Below, piece after piece: positions 9,557 to 18,801 of a stretch of 38,728 nucleotides of DNA (position 1 is the first letter of the stretch; every line of letters starts with the position of its first letter). Below the pieces are notes generated by a model. That model saw nothing but the letters and a program-made list of their open reading frames with translations. It made no database searches and had not been told where the DNA came from. The stretch comes from an uncultured Spartobacteria bacterium (GTDB lineage Bacteria; Verrucomicrobiota; Verrucomicrobiia; Chthoniobacterales; UBA6821), in the NCBI GenBank assembly GCA_903933015.1, contig CAIZIQ010000021.1, forward strand, positions 1-38,728, given 5' to 3'. The position numbers and the translations under genes were made by a program.

Positions 9557-9630
9557 TCGGGGCGACAGGATTCGAACCTGCGACTTCTTGGTCCCAAACC
9601 AAGCGCTCTACCAAGCTGAGCTACGCCCCG
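9557..9630 (-). tRNA. tRNA-Pro (TGG), CCA not encoded
   Basis: Minus strand CGGGGCGTAGCTCAGCTTGGTAGAGCG-CTTGG-TT-TGG-GA-CCAAG-AAGTCGCAGGTTCGAATCCTGTCGCCCCGA cloverleaf. Confidence 0.97.
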
Positions 9631-9690
9631 GAAAGCGTCGAACCTATCTGCTTAGCGCAGGAATGTGCAAGAAGCGTCTTGAGGCTCGCC

Positions 9691-10020
9691 TCAGAGTTTT
9701 TCGATGGTGACGGCTGTCCCGTAACAGAGAACTTCGGTTGCGGAAAGGTTAGCCCCGAGATCTGAGGCATCATAGCGCACCCCGACGATGGCGTTCGCCC
9801 CGAGTTCCGTGGCGTGAGAAACCATCGCGTCATAAGCATGCTGGCGGCCCTGCTCACACATCTCCGTATAGGCCCCGATGCGACCGCCGATGATGCTCTT
9901 GAGGCCGCCGAGGATTCCCTGGGCGATGGTCGGCGAGCGGACGATGATGCCGCGCACCATCCCCTTGAGGGCAGTTATCCGGTATCCGGGAATGTCAAAC
10001 GTCGTGGAGACGAGCATCAT
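9691..10020 (-). CDS. ybjQ: YbjQ / UPF0145 family protein
   Basis: MLVSTT.DIPGYRI...G.V.G..VRS...GGLKSIIGG.I..Y...R..A...M...A.ELGANAIVGVRYD...EVLCYGTAV; ATGA overlap with the upstream mutase stop. Confidence 0.93.
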   Translation of the reverse strand: MMLVSTTFDIPGYRITALKGMVRGIIVRSPTIAQGILGGLKSIIGGRIGAYTEMCEQGRQHAYDAMVSHATELGANAIVGVRYDASDLGANLSATEVLCYGTAVTIEKL

Positions 10021-11972
10021 TCCGCCCTCTGTGCGGCATCGGCCTTGAGCCACTGCCAGAGTTTTTCGAGTCCCTCGGCCACGCGTACTTTGGTGGAGGC
10101 AAGTTCTTCGGGCGAGAAGTTACCGGAAGCCGGCTTCTCGGTGGCGTAGAGATAGTATTTGATCTTGGGCTCGGTCCCGGAGGGGCGGACGGCGACTTTC
10201 CAGCCACCATCAATCTCAAAGACGATCATTGCCTCCTTGGGAATGAGTTCACCCTCGGAGTCATGAAGATCCTGGGTGGCGTAATTCAGGACGGAGAGCA
10301 CCTTGGCCCCCTCAATCTCCTTGGGCGGATTTCCGGCGTAGGAATCGACGAGTTTTTTGATCTTTGCGGCTCCCTCGGCCCCCTCGAAGGTGAGCGACTC
10401 ACCGCGCTCAAGGTAGAAGCCGTATTCGGAGTAGATCCGGTCGAGAAGGGTCACGACCGTGATTCCAAGGCTCGCGGCATAAGCCGCCACCTCGGCGAAG
10501 CAGATGACGGCGGCGTTACCATCCTTGTCCCGGACGAAGTCGCCGGTGTTGTAACCGTAGCTCTCTTCGCCGCCGAAGACGAAGAAGAGGGAGTTCTTCA
10601 ACCGTGCCTCGCGGGTCTCTTCCTCCGAGAGGTTGCGGTAATTAGCCTGGGTCTCCGCAGGGAGTTTCTCCTCGTAGGCCCGCTGTTTGGAGCCGATGTA
10701 CTTGAATCCGGTGAGTGTCTCGACGCACTTCACGCCGAATCCGAGGGCGATCTCCTTCTGAAGATCCGTGGTGACCAGGCTCTTGATCACGACTGCATGG
10801 TCGCGGTTGGCATCATTCAGGATTCCTTTTTCAAAGAGCCTCTTCAGGCGGTACCAGACCATCACGGATCCAATCTGATTACCCGTCAGCAGAACAAGCT
10901 TGCCCGAGGCATCACGCGCCGCCACGCCCATACGGTCATCATCGGGATCGGTGGCCTGAACAAGATCCGCCTTCTCGATCTCGGCCAGTTCCATGCCGAG
11001 TTTCAGTGCCTCGGGATACTCGGGATTGGGCGACTTGACCGTTGGGAAAAGACCATCGGGCACCATCTGGGAGGGAACAGGCCAGCACTCGACGCCGAGG
11101 CGGTGGAGCATCGGGACGATGATCACGCCTCCAACCCCGTGGAGAGGGGTGAAGACGGTCTTGAGCGGGGGGGTCCGGCGAAAGAGTTCCGGATCAACGA
11201 TCAGCTTCTCGAGACGAGCCATGTACGCCTCGTCGATTTCTCGGCCGATCTTGATCACCTTCCCCCTCTTGCCTTCCGGAAGGGGCTCGTAGGAATCATC
11301 GCCCGCGTTGACCAGATCGATGATTCCCTGGTCATGGGGAGCCACCACCTGGCCGCCGTCATCGAAGTAGACCTTATAGCCGTTGTAGCCCGGAGGATTA
11401 TGACTGGCGGTAATATTGATGCCTGCTGCGGCATTCTTGTAACGGACGGCAAAGGAGAGTTCGGGCGTGGAGCGCGGTCCTTCAAAAAGGAGCGCATCAC
11501 AGCCGAGATCAGTCATGACCTTGGCGGCCAGGTCAGCGAACTCCCGGGAGAAGAATCGCGTATCATAGCTGATCGCAATGGAGGGACGCCCTGGACGATT
11601 CTCACGCTCATGCCACTGGCGCACATAGGTGGCGAGCCCACGGGTGGCGCGGGCGATATTGTAGTCGTTCATTGCATTCGTGCCGATGCAGGCGTGCTCC
11701 GGGCGGCCGTCGGGACGCCCTAGTCCCGCCTCGGTTTTCGTGACAACCTCACCGATCGTCTTGCCACGGAGCCCTCCAGTACCAAACGCCATGGCACGGA
11801 AAAAGCGGTTGTTCAGCTCGTCCCAGCGTCCGGCTTGAGCCAACTCCCCGATCACCGCTTCAGCCAGGGGAGAGGTGCCTCGGGCAAGCATCTTGCGGAT
11901 GTTCTCCGCTGAGGAATCGAGAAGGGTTCCCGCGGCCTCGGCCGTGGCGATGGAATCGAGGAGTGTCGACAT
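10017..11972 (-). CDS. pgm: Phosphoglucomutase/phosphomannomutase family phospho-sugar mutase
   Basis: FGTGGLRG, ITASHNP (phosphoserine), DPDDDR (metal loop), GGEESYG, RPSGTEPKIKYY; ATG 11972 chosen. Confidence 0.95.
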   Translation of the reverse strand: MSTLLDSIATAEAAGTLLDSSAENIRKMLARGTSPLAEAVIGELAQAGRWDELNNRFFRAMAFGTGGLRGKTIGEVVTKTEAGLGRPDGRPEHACIGTNAMNDYNIARATRGLATYVRQWHERENRPGRPSIAISYDTRFFSREFADLAAKVMTDLGCDALLFEGPRSTPELSFAVRYKNAAAGINITASHNPPGYNGYKVYFDDGGQVVAPHDQGIIDLVNAGDDSYEPLPEGKRGKVIKIGREIDEAYMARLEKLIVDPELFRRTPPLKTVFTPLHGVGGVIIVPMLHRLGVECWPVPSQMVPDGLFPTVKSPNPEYPEALKLGMELAEIEKADLVQATDPDDDRMGVAARDASGKLVLLTGNQIGSVMVWYRLKRLFEKGILNDANRDHAVVIKSLVTTDLQKEIALGFGVKCVETLTGFKYIGSKQRAYEEKLPAETQANYRNLSEEETREARLKNSLFFVFGGEESYGYNTGDFVRDKDGNAAVICFAEVAAYAASLGITVVTLLDRIYSEYGFYLERGESLTFEGAEGAAKIKKLVDSYAGNPPKEIEGAKVLSVLNYATQDLHDSEGELIPKEAMIVFEIDGGWKVAVRPSGTEPKIKYYLYATEKPASGNFSPEELASTKVRVAEGLEKLWQWLKADAAQRAE

Positions 11973-12026
11973 GAGGGAAGGTTTAAGCGTGAATGACCTC
12001 CGTTTCAAAGCGTTTCAAAGCACAAG

Positions 12027-12845
12027 ATGCAGTTTCATCAGATATTCGGCAAATATAGGGCCATCTTCTCGATCGGCCTTCAGAACACTTTTGTCTACCG
12101 CTGGAACTTTTTGCTCCGTTCGCTCTTTGCCCTAGTCCCGCTTTTTGGAACGGTCTTTGTCTGGCGCGCCATCTACGGGGGTACCTCGGGAACGATCGCC
12201 GGATACGACTTTGGTCAGATGGTCTTCTATTTTCTCGTGATCCTGCTGGTGGACAACCTGATCACTCCCACCGAGGACGAATGGCAGATCGCCGCGGAAA
12301 TCCGAGAGGGCCAGTTGAGCTCCTTCCTGCTGAAGCCGTTTGATTTTCTCGCCTACCGGTCCTGTATTTTTGTCGGCTCCCGCCTGCTTTACACCATGGT
12401 CACCCTCCTCCCGGTGTTAGCCGTCTTCTGGTGGTACCGACAGTATCTCGAGTGGCCCTCCCATGCCTCCACCTGGGGATTATTCGCGATCAGCCTCGTC
12501 ATGGCGGGGGCGATCCAGTTCCTGATCGCCTACGCCCTCGCGATGCTGGCCTTCTGGATTCTCGAGATCTCGACCGTGGTATTCATTCTCTACTCCTTCG
12601 AATATTTCCTGAGCGGAAAACTTTTCCCTCTCGACACGGTTCCCGGAGTCGCAGGAACGATCCTTCGTCTGCTCCCCTTCCCCTACGAAGTCTATTTTCC
12701 CGTGGCAGTGCTCATGGAAAAAATCCAAGGACCCCGGCTCTGGCATGGGCTGATCATCCAGGCGACCTGGGTGCTACTCTGTTTCCTGCTGGCCCGGGGC
12801 CTCTGGCGCTCGGGTGTGAGACGCTACGAGGCCGTGGGGATTTAG
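12027..12845 (+). CDS. ABC-2 family transporter permease (DUF990-like)
   Basis: YRWNF...IYG...IAGYDF..M..Y...I..EIREG.LS.FLLKP...LSG.LFPL...LPF.Y..YFP...W..G..RYEAVG; several hydrophobic helices. Confidence 0.88.
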   Translation: MQFHQIFGKYRAIFSIGLQNTFVYRWNFLLRSLFALVPLFGTVFVWRAIYGGTSGTIAGYDFGQMVFYFLVILLVDNLITPTEDEWQIAAEIREGQLSSFLLKPFDFLAYRSCIFVGSRLLYTMVTLLPVLAVFWWYRQYLEWPSHASTWGLFAISLVMAGAIQFLIAYALAMLAFWILEISTVVFILYSFEYFLSGKLFPLDTVPGVAGTILRLLPFPYEVYFPVAVLMEKIQGPRLWHGLIIQATWVLLCFLLARGLWRSGVRRYEAVGI

Positions 12846-13424
12846 CAGACTCCCGAGGAAGGATTCGTGCACCGGCAGATGCTCGGGAATGATCTGTACC
12901 ATGGCACCGGTGGAAACCCGGTCGCAGAGCGCCGCCACATCGGTGGAGCGCATCCGGATGCAGCCGAAGCTGGCAGGGCGACCTAGAAGCTTTTCCTGCG
13001 GCGTCCCATGAATATAGATGCCCCGGTTGAAGGCATTCCTATTGCCGGGTTCCGCACCCTCAAGCCACAGGATACGGGTCACGATGGGATCGCGTCCCGG
13101 GGCGTTGGGGCGGAGCACCTCACCGGTGGGCACCCGGGAGTGAAAAACCGCGCCAAGCGGTTGTCCCATTCCAATCTTCATCCGAACAAAAAACTTACCG
13201 ATCGGCGTGGCATAGCTTCCAAAGCGGTCGCCAATGCCGAAACGTGAGGTGGAGACGGGATAAACCGCCTCGGTTTTCCCATTGGTCTTCAGCAGCAGCT
13301 GCTGGTCCCTAACGCTCACGATGATTTCGTGCCGAGGATCTCCGGTAACATCCGCCGCTGAAAGATTTCCGATAAGAATCGGAAGCATCACCAACAGAAG
13401 CGTTACTCTGTAGAAATTAGACAT
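12774..13424 (-). CDS. L,D-transpeptidase (YkuD family), signal peptide
   Basis: YPVSTSRFG.G...TP.G...TRILWL.G...IYIHGT...GRPASFGCIRM (catalytic His/Cys). Confidence 0.93.
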   Translation of the reverse strand: MSNFYRVTLLLVMLPILIGNLSAADVTGDPRHEIIVSVRDQQLLLKTNGKTEAVYPVSTSRFGIGDRFGSYATPIGKFFVRMKIGMGQPLGAVFHSRVPTGEVLRPNAPGRDPIVTRILWLEGAEPGNRNAFNRGIYIHGTPQEKLLGRPASFGCIRMRSTDVAALCDRVSTGAMVQIIPEHLPVHESFLGSLLNPHGLVASHTRAPEAPGQQETE

Positions 13425-13472
13425 CAAGTTGATAAGTTGGCCTTATAAGGTCAGCCCGTCAACCCCGGCGGA

Positions 13473-14042
13473 TCACTGTGACAGACTTGTAACTTTGAGC
13501 CGGCAGTTCGTAATCTCCACCTGCGCCCCGTTACCAACCACTTCGTAGAGCTTCAGGACATCTGCCGAGCGCATCCGGATACAGCCGTAGCTGACCGGAG
13601 TGCCAAGCAGCGCTTCCTGCGGCGTTCCATGGATGTAAATGCAGCGGCTGAATGCATTGCGATTGTGAGGTTCGAGACCATCGAGCCAGAGAATCCTCGT
13701 GACGATCGGATCGCGTCCCGGAGCATCAGGCGGCAGAACCTCACCGGTTGGCTTCCGGGATTTAAAAACCTCGCCGAGTGGAAAACCGTCTCCGATTTTC
13801 TTGCGAACGCAGAGATGGCCTAGGGGCGTGGCGTAACTCCCTTCTCGGTCACCCGTTCCAAACTTCGAGGTCGAGACCTTGTAGAGTGCAACCGGCTTCC
13901 CGTCATTCAGGACCAGCATCCGTTGATCCGGCACACTGACAATCAGCCGATGATGAGTATCCCCCGCACAACCGGCGAGAAAGAGCATCAGGCCGGCAAG
14001 CAGCGCCACCACTCCGCCCGTTGCCATTTTTTTGATCATCAC
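13473..14042 (-). CDS. L,D-transpeptidase (YkuD family) lipoprotein
   Basis: Lipobox LAGC; IYIHGTPQE..LG.PVSYGCIRM; paralog of the adjacent gene. Confidence 0.93.
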   Translation of the reverse strand: MMIKKMATGGVVALLAGLMLFLAGCAGDTHHRLIVSVPDQRMLVLNDGKPVALYKVSTSKFGTGDREGSYATPLGHLCVRKKIGDGFPLGEVFKSRKPTGEVLPPDAPGRDPIVTRILWLDGLEPHNRNAFSRCIYIHGTPQEALLGTPVSYGCIRMRSADVLKLYEVVGNGAQVEITNCRLKVTSLSQ

Positions 14043-15046
14043 AGCGAGGTCGCGACCTCCGCGGCAAAATAAGTCAGGATCATGTCGGCGCCGGCCCGCT
14101 TGATCGCCAGCAAGGACTCGTCACGCGTCGCTTCATAATCAAGCCACCCGAGACGCGAAGCAGCGTGAATCTGAGCATATTCACCCGAGACCTGATAGGC
14201 CGCCACGGGAAGCAACGTATGCCCGCGCACTGCACGGATGATATCAAGATAGGCCCCGGCGGGCTTCACCATCACCATGTCGGCTCCTTCCTCCTCATCG
14301 AGCGTCACCTCATGCAGGGCCTCCCGGACATTGCCGGGATCCATCTGGTAACCTCGTTTGTCGAGCTTACGCGACGATTGGCCAGAGCCGCTTTTTACCG
14401 CATCCCGGAATGGACCGTAGTAAGCCGAGGCATACTTTGCCGCGTACGCCAGAATGCCTGTCTGCTGCAGGCCCGCGGCATCGAGTGCCAAGCGGATTGC
14501 CTTCACCCGCCCATCCATCATGTCCGAGGGAGCCACGATATCGGCACCGGCCTCAGCCTGTGCGAGGGCCAATCTCTTCAATGCATCGACTGTGGAGTCA
14601 TTTTCCACATCACCACGTGCATCCAGCAATCCGTCATGCCCATGACTCGTGTAGGGATCAAGAGCTACATCCGCGATTATCGCAAGCCCGGGCGTGGCGG
14701 TTTTCACAGAGCGGATCGCCTCAAAAAGAATATTCCCGGGATCATGGGCATGGGATCCCACGCCATCCTTCCTGGAGCTTTCAATGCAGGGAAAAATTGC
14801 GATCGCACGGATCCCATTCTGCTCCAGTTTACGGCATTCCTCGGTCAGCGTGGTCACGGAGTGGCGCACCACACCAGGCATCGAGTCAACCTCTTCAGGT
14901 TTCCCGTCACCAGCGCGCACGAAAAGCGGTTGAATCAGATCATCCACCTTCAGAACCGTCTCCCGGACCAGAGAACGCACGGCGGGCGTCGCACGGTTAC
15001 GCCGCATTCTGCGGAGAAGATCCAGGGCGGTTCTTTGTTCACTCAT
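14039..15046 (-). CDS. hemB: Porphobilinogen synthase (ALA dehydratase), Asp-rich non-Zn type
   Basis: DVALDPYTSHGHDG (no Cys triad), APSDMMDGRV, YGPFRDA, MVMVKP, AAYQVSGEYA. Confidence 0.98.
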   Translation of the reverse strand: MSEQRTALDLLRRMRRNRATPAVRSLVRETVLKVDDLIQPLFVRAGDGKPEEVDSMPGVVRHSVTTLTEECRKLEQNGIRAIAIFPCIESSRKDGVGSHAHDPGNILFEAIRSVKTATPGLAIIADVALDPYTSHGHDGLLDARGDVENDSTVDALKRLALAQAEAGADIVAPSDMMDGRVKAIRLALDAAGLQQTGILAYAAKYASAYYGPFRDAVKSGSGQSSRKLDKRGYQMDPGNVREALHEVTLDEEEGADMVMVKPAGAYLDIIRAVRGHTLLPVAAYQVSGEYAQIHAASRLGWLDYEATRDESLLAIKRAGADMILTYFAAEVATSL

Positions 15047-15168
15047 CAAGGTATCTTCACCGATGAAAGTCTTGAGTCAAGGAAGGGCACTTGGGGCTAA
15101 TTGGCCTAAAAAGCTGAACTTTGCTTGAATTATCATGCGCTTAGGGCATTTTCTTCCCTCCCACTCAC

Positions 15169-15244
15169 GACCCTATCGTCCAGTGGCCTAGGACACTCCC
15201 CTTTCACGGGAGTAACACGGGTTCGAATCCCGTTAGGGTCGCCA
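15169..15244 (+). tRNA. tRNA-Glu (TTC)
   Basis: GACCCTATCGTCCAGTGGCCTAGGACA-CTCCC-CT-TTC-AC-GGGAG-TAACACGGGTTCGAATCCCGTTAGGGTCGCCA. Confidence 0.97.
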
Positions 15245-15504
15245 CGTCAGTGTCGATTGCCTTTAGGCGAATTTGAACCCGTAGGGTTTGACTGCCATGC
15301 CGCGATCAGCGGCATTTTTTTTCCGAAGGGAATCTGCAGAGCCTGCCAAAGGCAGTATCATCCCGTTAGGGTCGCCAACATTGTTGGCGAGTCCGCAGGA
15401 CATTCGAACGTAGTTCGAGCCGAGCGAAGCGAGTCAGATCATGCGTAGCATGACCCGTTAGGGCGAAGACCGAAGGTCGAAGTCAATCCCTTTAGGGTCG
15501 CCAC
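15227..15504 (+). repeat. Tandem copies of the tRNA-Glu 3' end separated by palindrome-rich spacers
   Basis: ATCCCGTTAGGGTCGCCA at 15227-15244 (the tRNA itself) and 15360-15377 (exact); ATCCCTTTAGGGTCGCCA at 15486-15503 (1 mismatch). Confidence 0.9.
15297..15322 (+). terminator. Rho-independent terminator downstream of tRNA-Glu
   Basis: ATGCCGC-GATCA-GCGGCAT followed by a T run. Confidence 0.7.
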
Positions 15505-15609
15505 TTCCGTGGTGATCGCCGAGCAGCGCGATCATCAATCCCGTATTCCCGGGCCAGGGCGCTTTCTGCCATCGTCACAGAGCCCGCCGGAGACGCAATG
15601 ATAACCCCT

Positions 15610-17001
15610 TCAAGGAGTCTTTGTACCGGTTTGGATGCAGGAGTTGGTCTGCACCTCCGCATCTTCCGCCACGAGCCATGGCCTGGCATCGGGTTGGGCA
15701 ACGGAGACAACCACATGATCCAGAATCACGTTTGTGGCATGGCGGACATACAGGACGGAGGCCGGCGGGTCCCCGACGATATTGGACTGGGGGTAGTCCT
15801 TCTCATGCTCGGGAGGTGACGGGGGAATGCTCGCCATGCCCCCGGGCATCTGAAGATAACAGTTGCGCAGGGTCACATTCCCCATCTTGGCCTCCGGAAT
15901 ACCAGTGATGGAACTGGAGGGACGGGTTTCATTGCCCGGCTCGGTCACCCGCACATTTTCGATGAGAATCCCGTCCATGGATCCCGGCAGATTACTGCGA
16001 TGGGCCAGTCGCAGGAACAGTGGCTGGGAGACACTTTTCATCTCCAGACCATCAACGGTGATGTCCTTCACGATAGAGCCGTCCACCGATTCAAGGCAGA
16101 GCCCCCCGTACTTCGCACCGCTCACCACGTTGTTGCGGAACACAATTCCCGAAACCGGACCGGCCGAGGCGGTGCCTAGCTTGATCGCGTTCGCACGGTA
16201 GGAGCGGATGGCATTGTTCTCCACGAGGATGTTTCTCAATCCCCGACCGCCGTGTGATTTCAGGCAGATGGCGTCGTCCTCGGAGTTGATGACGCAGTCG
16301 CGGATCACGACTTCTCCACAGTCGCAGATGTCGATGCCGTCGAGATTCGGACAATCAGGGGGAGCCTCCACTTTCACCCTTTCCATAAGCAGATGGGAAC
16401 ATTCGCTGTAGACCTGGGTCCACATCCTGGGATTGCGCAGGGTGATGTCACGGACCGTCACGTTCGTGCTCTGGAAAATCCTGAGCAACGAGGGACGCTC
16501 GCTCTCCACGCCCGACATCTGAACTTCCTTGCACCGTCCGTCAATCTCGCCCTCCCCGTCGATGGTCAGGTTGTTGGCAACGGCCGCGTAAAGAAGGCTC
16601 CTTTTGTTCGCACCTGCGGAGGATCCCGAGGGAAAGAGGACCGGGTAATCCGCAGCATTGGTCCCGCCGACTAGAACAGCTCCTTTGCCTAGATGAAACG
16701 TCATCCCTCCTTTCAGGGTTAGTTCGGCCGTAAGGTAACGTCCTGGTGAAAAAACCACACTGCCACCGCTCCCGCCACAGGCATCGATGGCCTTCTGGAT
16801 GGCCTCCGTGTCATAGGTCATCCCGTCTCCCTTCGCCCCGTAGGAACGTGGGTCGTGAATGGGCGCGGGAGGAAGAACGATCGGCGACGTGGAATTGGTC
16901 AACCGCGCGACCGGCTGCTCCCACCATCGGGAATTTTCAATTTGATCGGCAGGGGTGGAGGTACCCAGCAGGAAGGCGGCAAGAATCAGGGGGGGAATCA
17001 T
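15610..17001 (-). CDS. Glycoside hydrolase family 28 (polygalacturonase-like beta-helix), secreted
   Basis: Signal peptide; YGAKGDG..YDT.AIQKAID; G.GEIDG; NLDGIDI; SEDDAICLKS; IKLGT. Confidence 0.88.
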   Translation of the reverse strand: MIPPLILAAFLLGTSTPADQIENSRWWEQPVARLTNSTSPIVLPPAPIHDPRSYGAKGDGMTYDTEAIQKAIDACGGSGGSVVFSPGRYLTAELTLKGGMTFHLGKGAVLVGGTNAADYPVLFPSGSSAGANKRSLLYAAVANNLTIDGEGEIDGRCKEVQMSGVESERPSLLRIFQSTNVTVRDITLRNPRMWTQVYSECSHLLMERVKVEAPPDCPNLDGIDICDCGEVVIRDCVINSEDDAICLKSHGGRGLRNILVENNAIRSYRANAIKLGTASAGPVSGIVFRNNVVSGAKYGGLCLESVDGSIVKDITVDGLEMKSVSQPLFLRLAHRSNLPGSMDGILIENVRVTEPGNETRPSSSITGIPEAKMGNVTLRNCYLQMPGGMASIPPSPPEHEKDYPQSNIVGDPPASVLYVRHATNVILDHVVVSVAQPDARPWLVAEDAEVQTNSCIQTGTKTP

Positions 17002-17116
17002 GGAGATATGTTCTGTGGGCTGTTAATTGAAAGTTACCTTGCTGTCAAAAGGATGAACTTCCCTAAAACCGCGATCTCGCCCCTGTGCCTGTGGGGTATG
17101 CGATCATCAAATCCGG

Positions 17117-18277
17117 TTAGGGGAGCCACTTCCTGATATCTGGTTTTTCCGACATCAGGATCATGCAGAGCATGTTGACCGAATCCGAGTAGTAGTCTTC
17201 GTGCTTCTTCTCCCCGTAGGAGAAAACGGCCTCTTCCCAGCCCGTGTTCCCCAGTGCCTTCGCCGCGACACCCGTCGGTGCAATGAAACAGGCGGTTTCG
17301 AAGTCACTGTTCCGCACGGGAGATCCATCCAGGTGATACCCGGCCCGGAACTCTTCCGGCGCATGGAGGACTCCGCCTATCCACCCCACCAACGGTTTCA
17401 GAACTTTTCCGGCACGTCCATCCTTCAGGGCCAGTTCCGCCCAACCGATGCGCCAGGGCACCCGGCAGGCATTGTAGTAGTAGTCCCCGTCGCTATGACC
17501 CTCCAGAAAACCGGACTGCACCGGAACCCACCGCCCCTCTTTTTGCACCGCAAAATCGGGAACAAGCCCCGTCCGGGGTGCTGCACCCTCCTGTAGCTCC
17601 CCGAGGATCGCATAGCACCGGCTCTCCACCTTCTCCCAGACCGGATCACCGGTCGCGACACCGAATGCCCGGAAGTGCGTCGGCATGAAGTCCGAGGGTC
17701 GCGTCTGACCAGGCATCTCATTCCAATCGCCGAGCCGGAGCGATCCATCGGGACGCACCAGGGAGACGGCAATGTTCCCGATCAAGGTTTTGGCCTCCGA
17801 TAGATAATGTTCCTCTCCCCAGCGATGATGAGCCAGGAGAAGGGCATAGGCCATATCGAGATCGCCGTCGGTGGCGCTGTCATCCCGAGGCGGCTTCTCA
17901 TTTGCCGGGATCTTCCAGCACATGAAGGCGTGATTGATACTCGAGGGAAATTGCTTCCGGAATGCATCAAGCCCATCGAAATACTTTTTTGCATCCGGAT
18001 CCCTGTCGGCCATGAAGACCGTGATGAGCATGCCGTATCCCATCGCCTCGGAGACGGTCGCCCCCTTGCCGTTGTAGTCGACCTTCCACGCTCCGGGAAA
18101 GCGCACCGAGGGAATCAGGTATTTACCCTTCCAGAAGGAATAATAGCTCTCCACGGCCCCCTCCCTGGCACTCGTGTTGGGATCGTGGGTGACCTCCGCC
18201 GCCTGCAGCGGGAGCGGCAAAGCCGTGAGTGCCGCCAACGGCAGGCTGAGGAGCAAAGCCACCCGAGTTCCCTTCAT
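17117..18277 (-). CDS. Glycoside hydrolase family 8 (endoglucanase/chitosanase/lichenase-like), secreted
   Basis: TVSEAMGYGM, DSATDGDLDMAYALL, TRPSDFM, TGLVPDF, YYYNACRVPWR, YYSDS. The start is ATG 18277 (MKGTRVALLL signal peptide, ATGA overlap with the recO stop). Confidence 0.92.
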   Translation of the reverse strand: MKGTRVALLLSLPLAALTALPLPLQAAEVTHDPNTSAREGAVESYYSFWKGKYLIPSVRFPGAWKVDYNGKGATVSEAMGYGMLITVFMADRDPDAKKYFDGLDAFRKQFPSSINHAFMCWKIPANEKPPRDDSATDGDLDMAYALLLAHHRWGEEHYLSEAKTLIGNIAVSLVRPDGSLRLGDWNEMPGQTRPSDFMPTHFRAFGVATGDPVWEKVESRCYAILGELQEGAAPRTGLVPDFAVQKEGRWVPVQSGFLEGHSDGDYYYNACRVPWRIGWAELALKDGRAGKVLKPLVGWIGGVLHAPEEFRAGYHLDGSPVRNSDFETACFIAPTGVAAKALGNTGWEEAVFSYGEKKHEDYYSDSVNMLCMILMSEKPDIRKWLP

Positions 18278-18801
18278 GAGATCTGGGCCAGAAGGCGTGA
18301 ACGGTTTTCTGGAAGCTTGTGGGCCACGGAGGCCAGGGAGCGGTATGCGGGGATCGAGGGATCGTGGATCCCGAGGGCCTTGGCGAGTTCCGCTTCGAAA
18401 TGCTCGACGGCCCGTTTCACCGGCTGATTGCCACGCAGGAAGCCCCACGCCCGTTCCAGCAATCCGAAGATTTCTGGGACGGGATGCATCGGCTCGGTGA
18501 AGAGATCGCAGAGTTCGGCGAAGTAGGAAGCGGAGAGGATCGTGGCATACGTCGCAGGAAGGGCCTCGTCCATGCAGACCGCCACCTCGCTGAGCGAGTG
18601 CAGATCGCCGCTCCTCGGCGGCTTAAAGGAAATCTCCGCCATAGTGAACAGCTCAAGCCTTCCAGCAAAGGGACTCCCCGGCTTCATGGCGCTCCGTACT
18701 GCCGTTTTCACCTTGCCGTGGCGGTCGGTCAGCCAAACAACCACCAGACTGTTCTCCGAGAAACGGTACCGACGCAGCAGGATGGCCCGCGCCTCGTTCA
18801 T
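18274..18801 (-). CDS. recO: DNA repair protein RecO (short form)
   Basis: AILLRRYRFSENSLVV.WLT..HGKV...VRSA.KP.S.FAG.LELF...SYFAEL...FE..L...LG. Confidence 0.9.
   Translation of the reverse strand: MNEARAILLRRYRFSENSLVVVWLTDRHGKVKTAVRSAMKPGSPFAGRLELFTMAEISFKPPRSGDLHSLSEVAVCMDEALPATYATILSASYFAELCDLFTEPMHPVPEIFGLLERAWGFLRGNQPVKRAVEHFEAELAKALGIHDPSIPAYRSLASVAHKLPENRSRLLAQIS

Noticed and set aside
6760-11723. 531-aa (6760..8355) and 486-aa (10263..11723) plus-strand ORFs
   Set aside because: Antisense to the well-supported GNAT/SDR and phosphosugar mutase genes.
15125-15448. 107-aa ORF over tRNA-Glu
   Set aside because: It spans the tRNA and the repeat array; spurious.
15227-15504. Possible CRISPR array
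   Set aside because: The repeat is the tRNA 3' end (18 nt), the spacers are over 100 nt and palindromic, there are only three copies, and no cas genes are present.
18278-18448. 57-aa N-terminal extension of GH8 in the ORF track
   Set aside because: It lies inside recO; the signal peptide and the ATGA coupling identify 18277 as the start.
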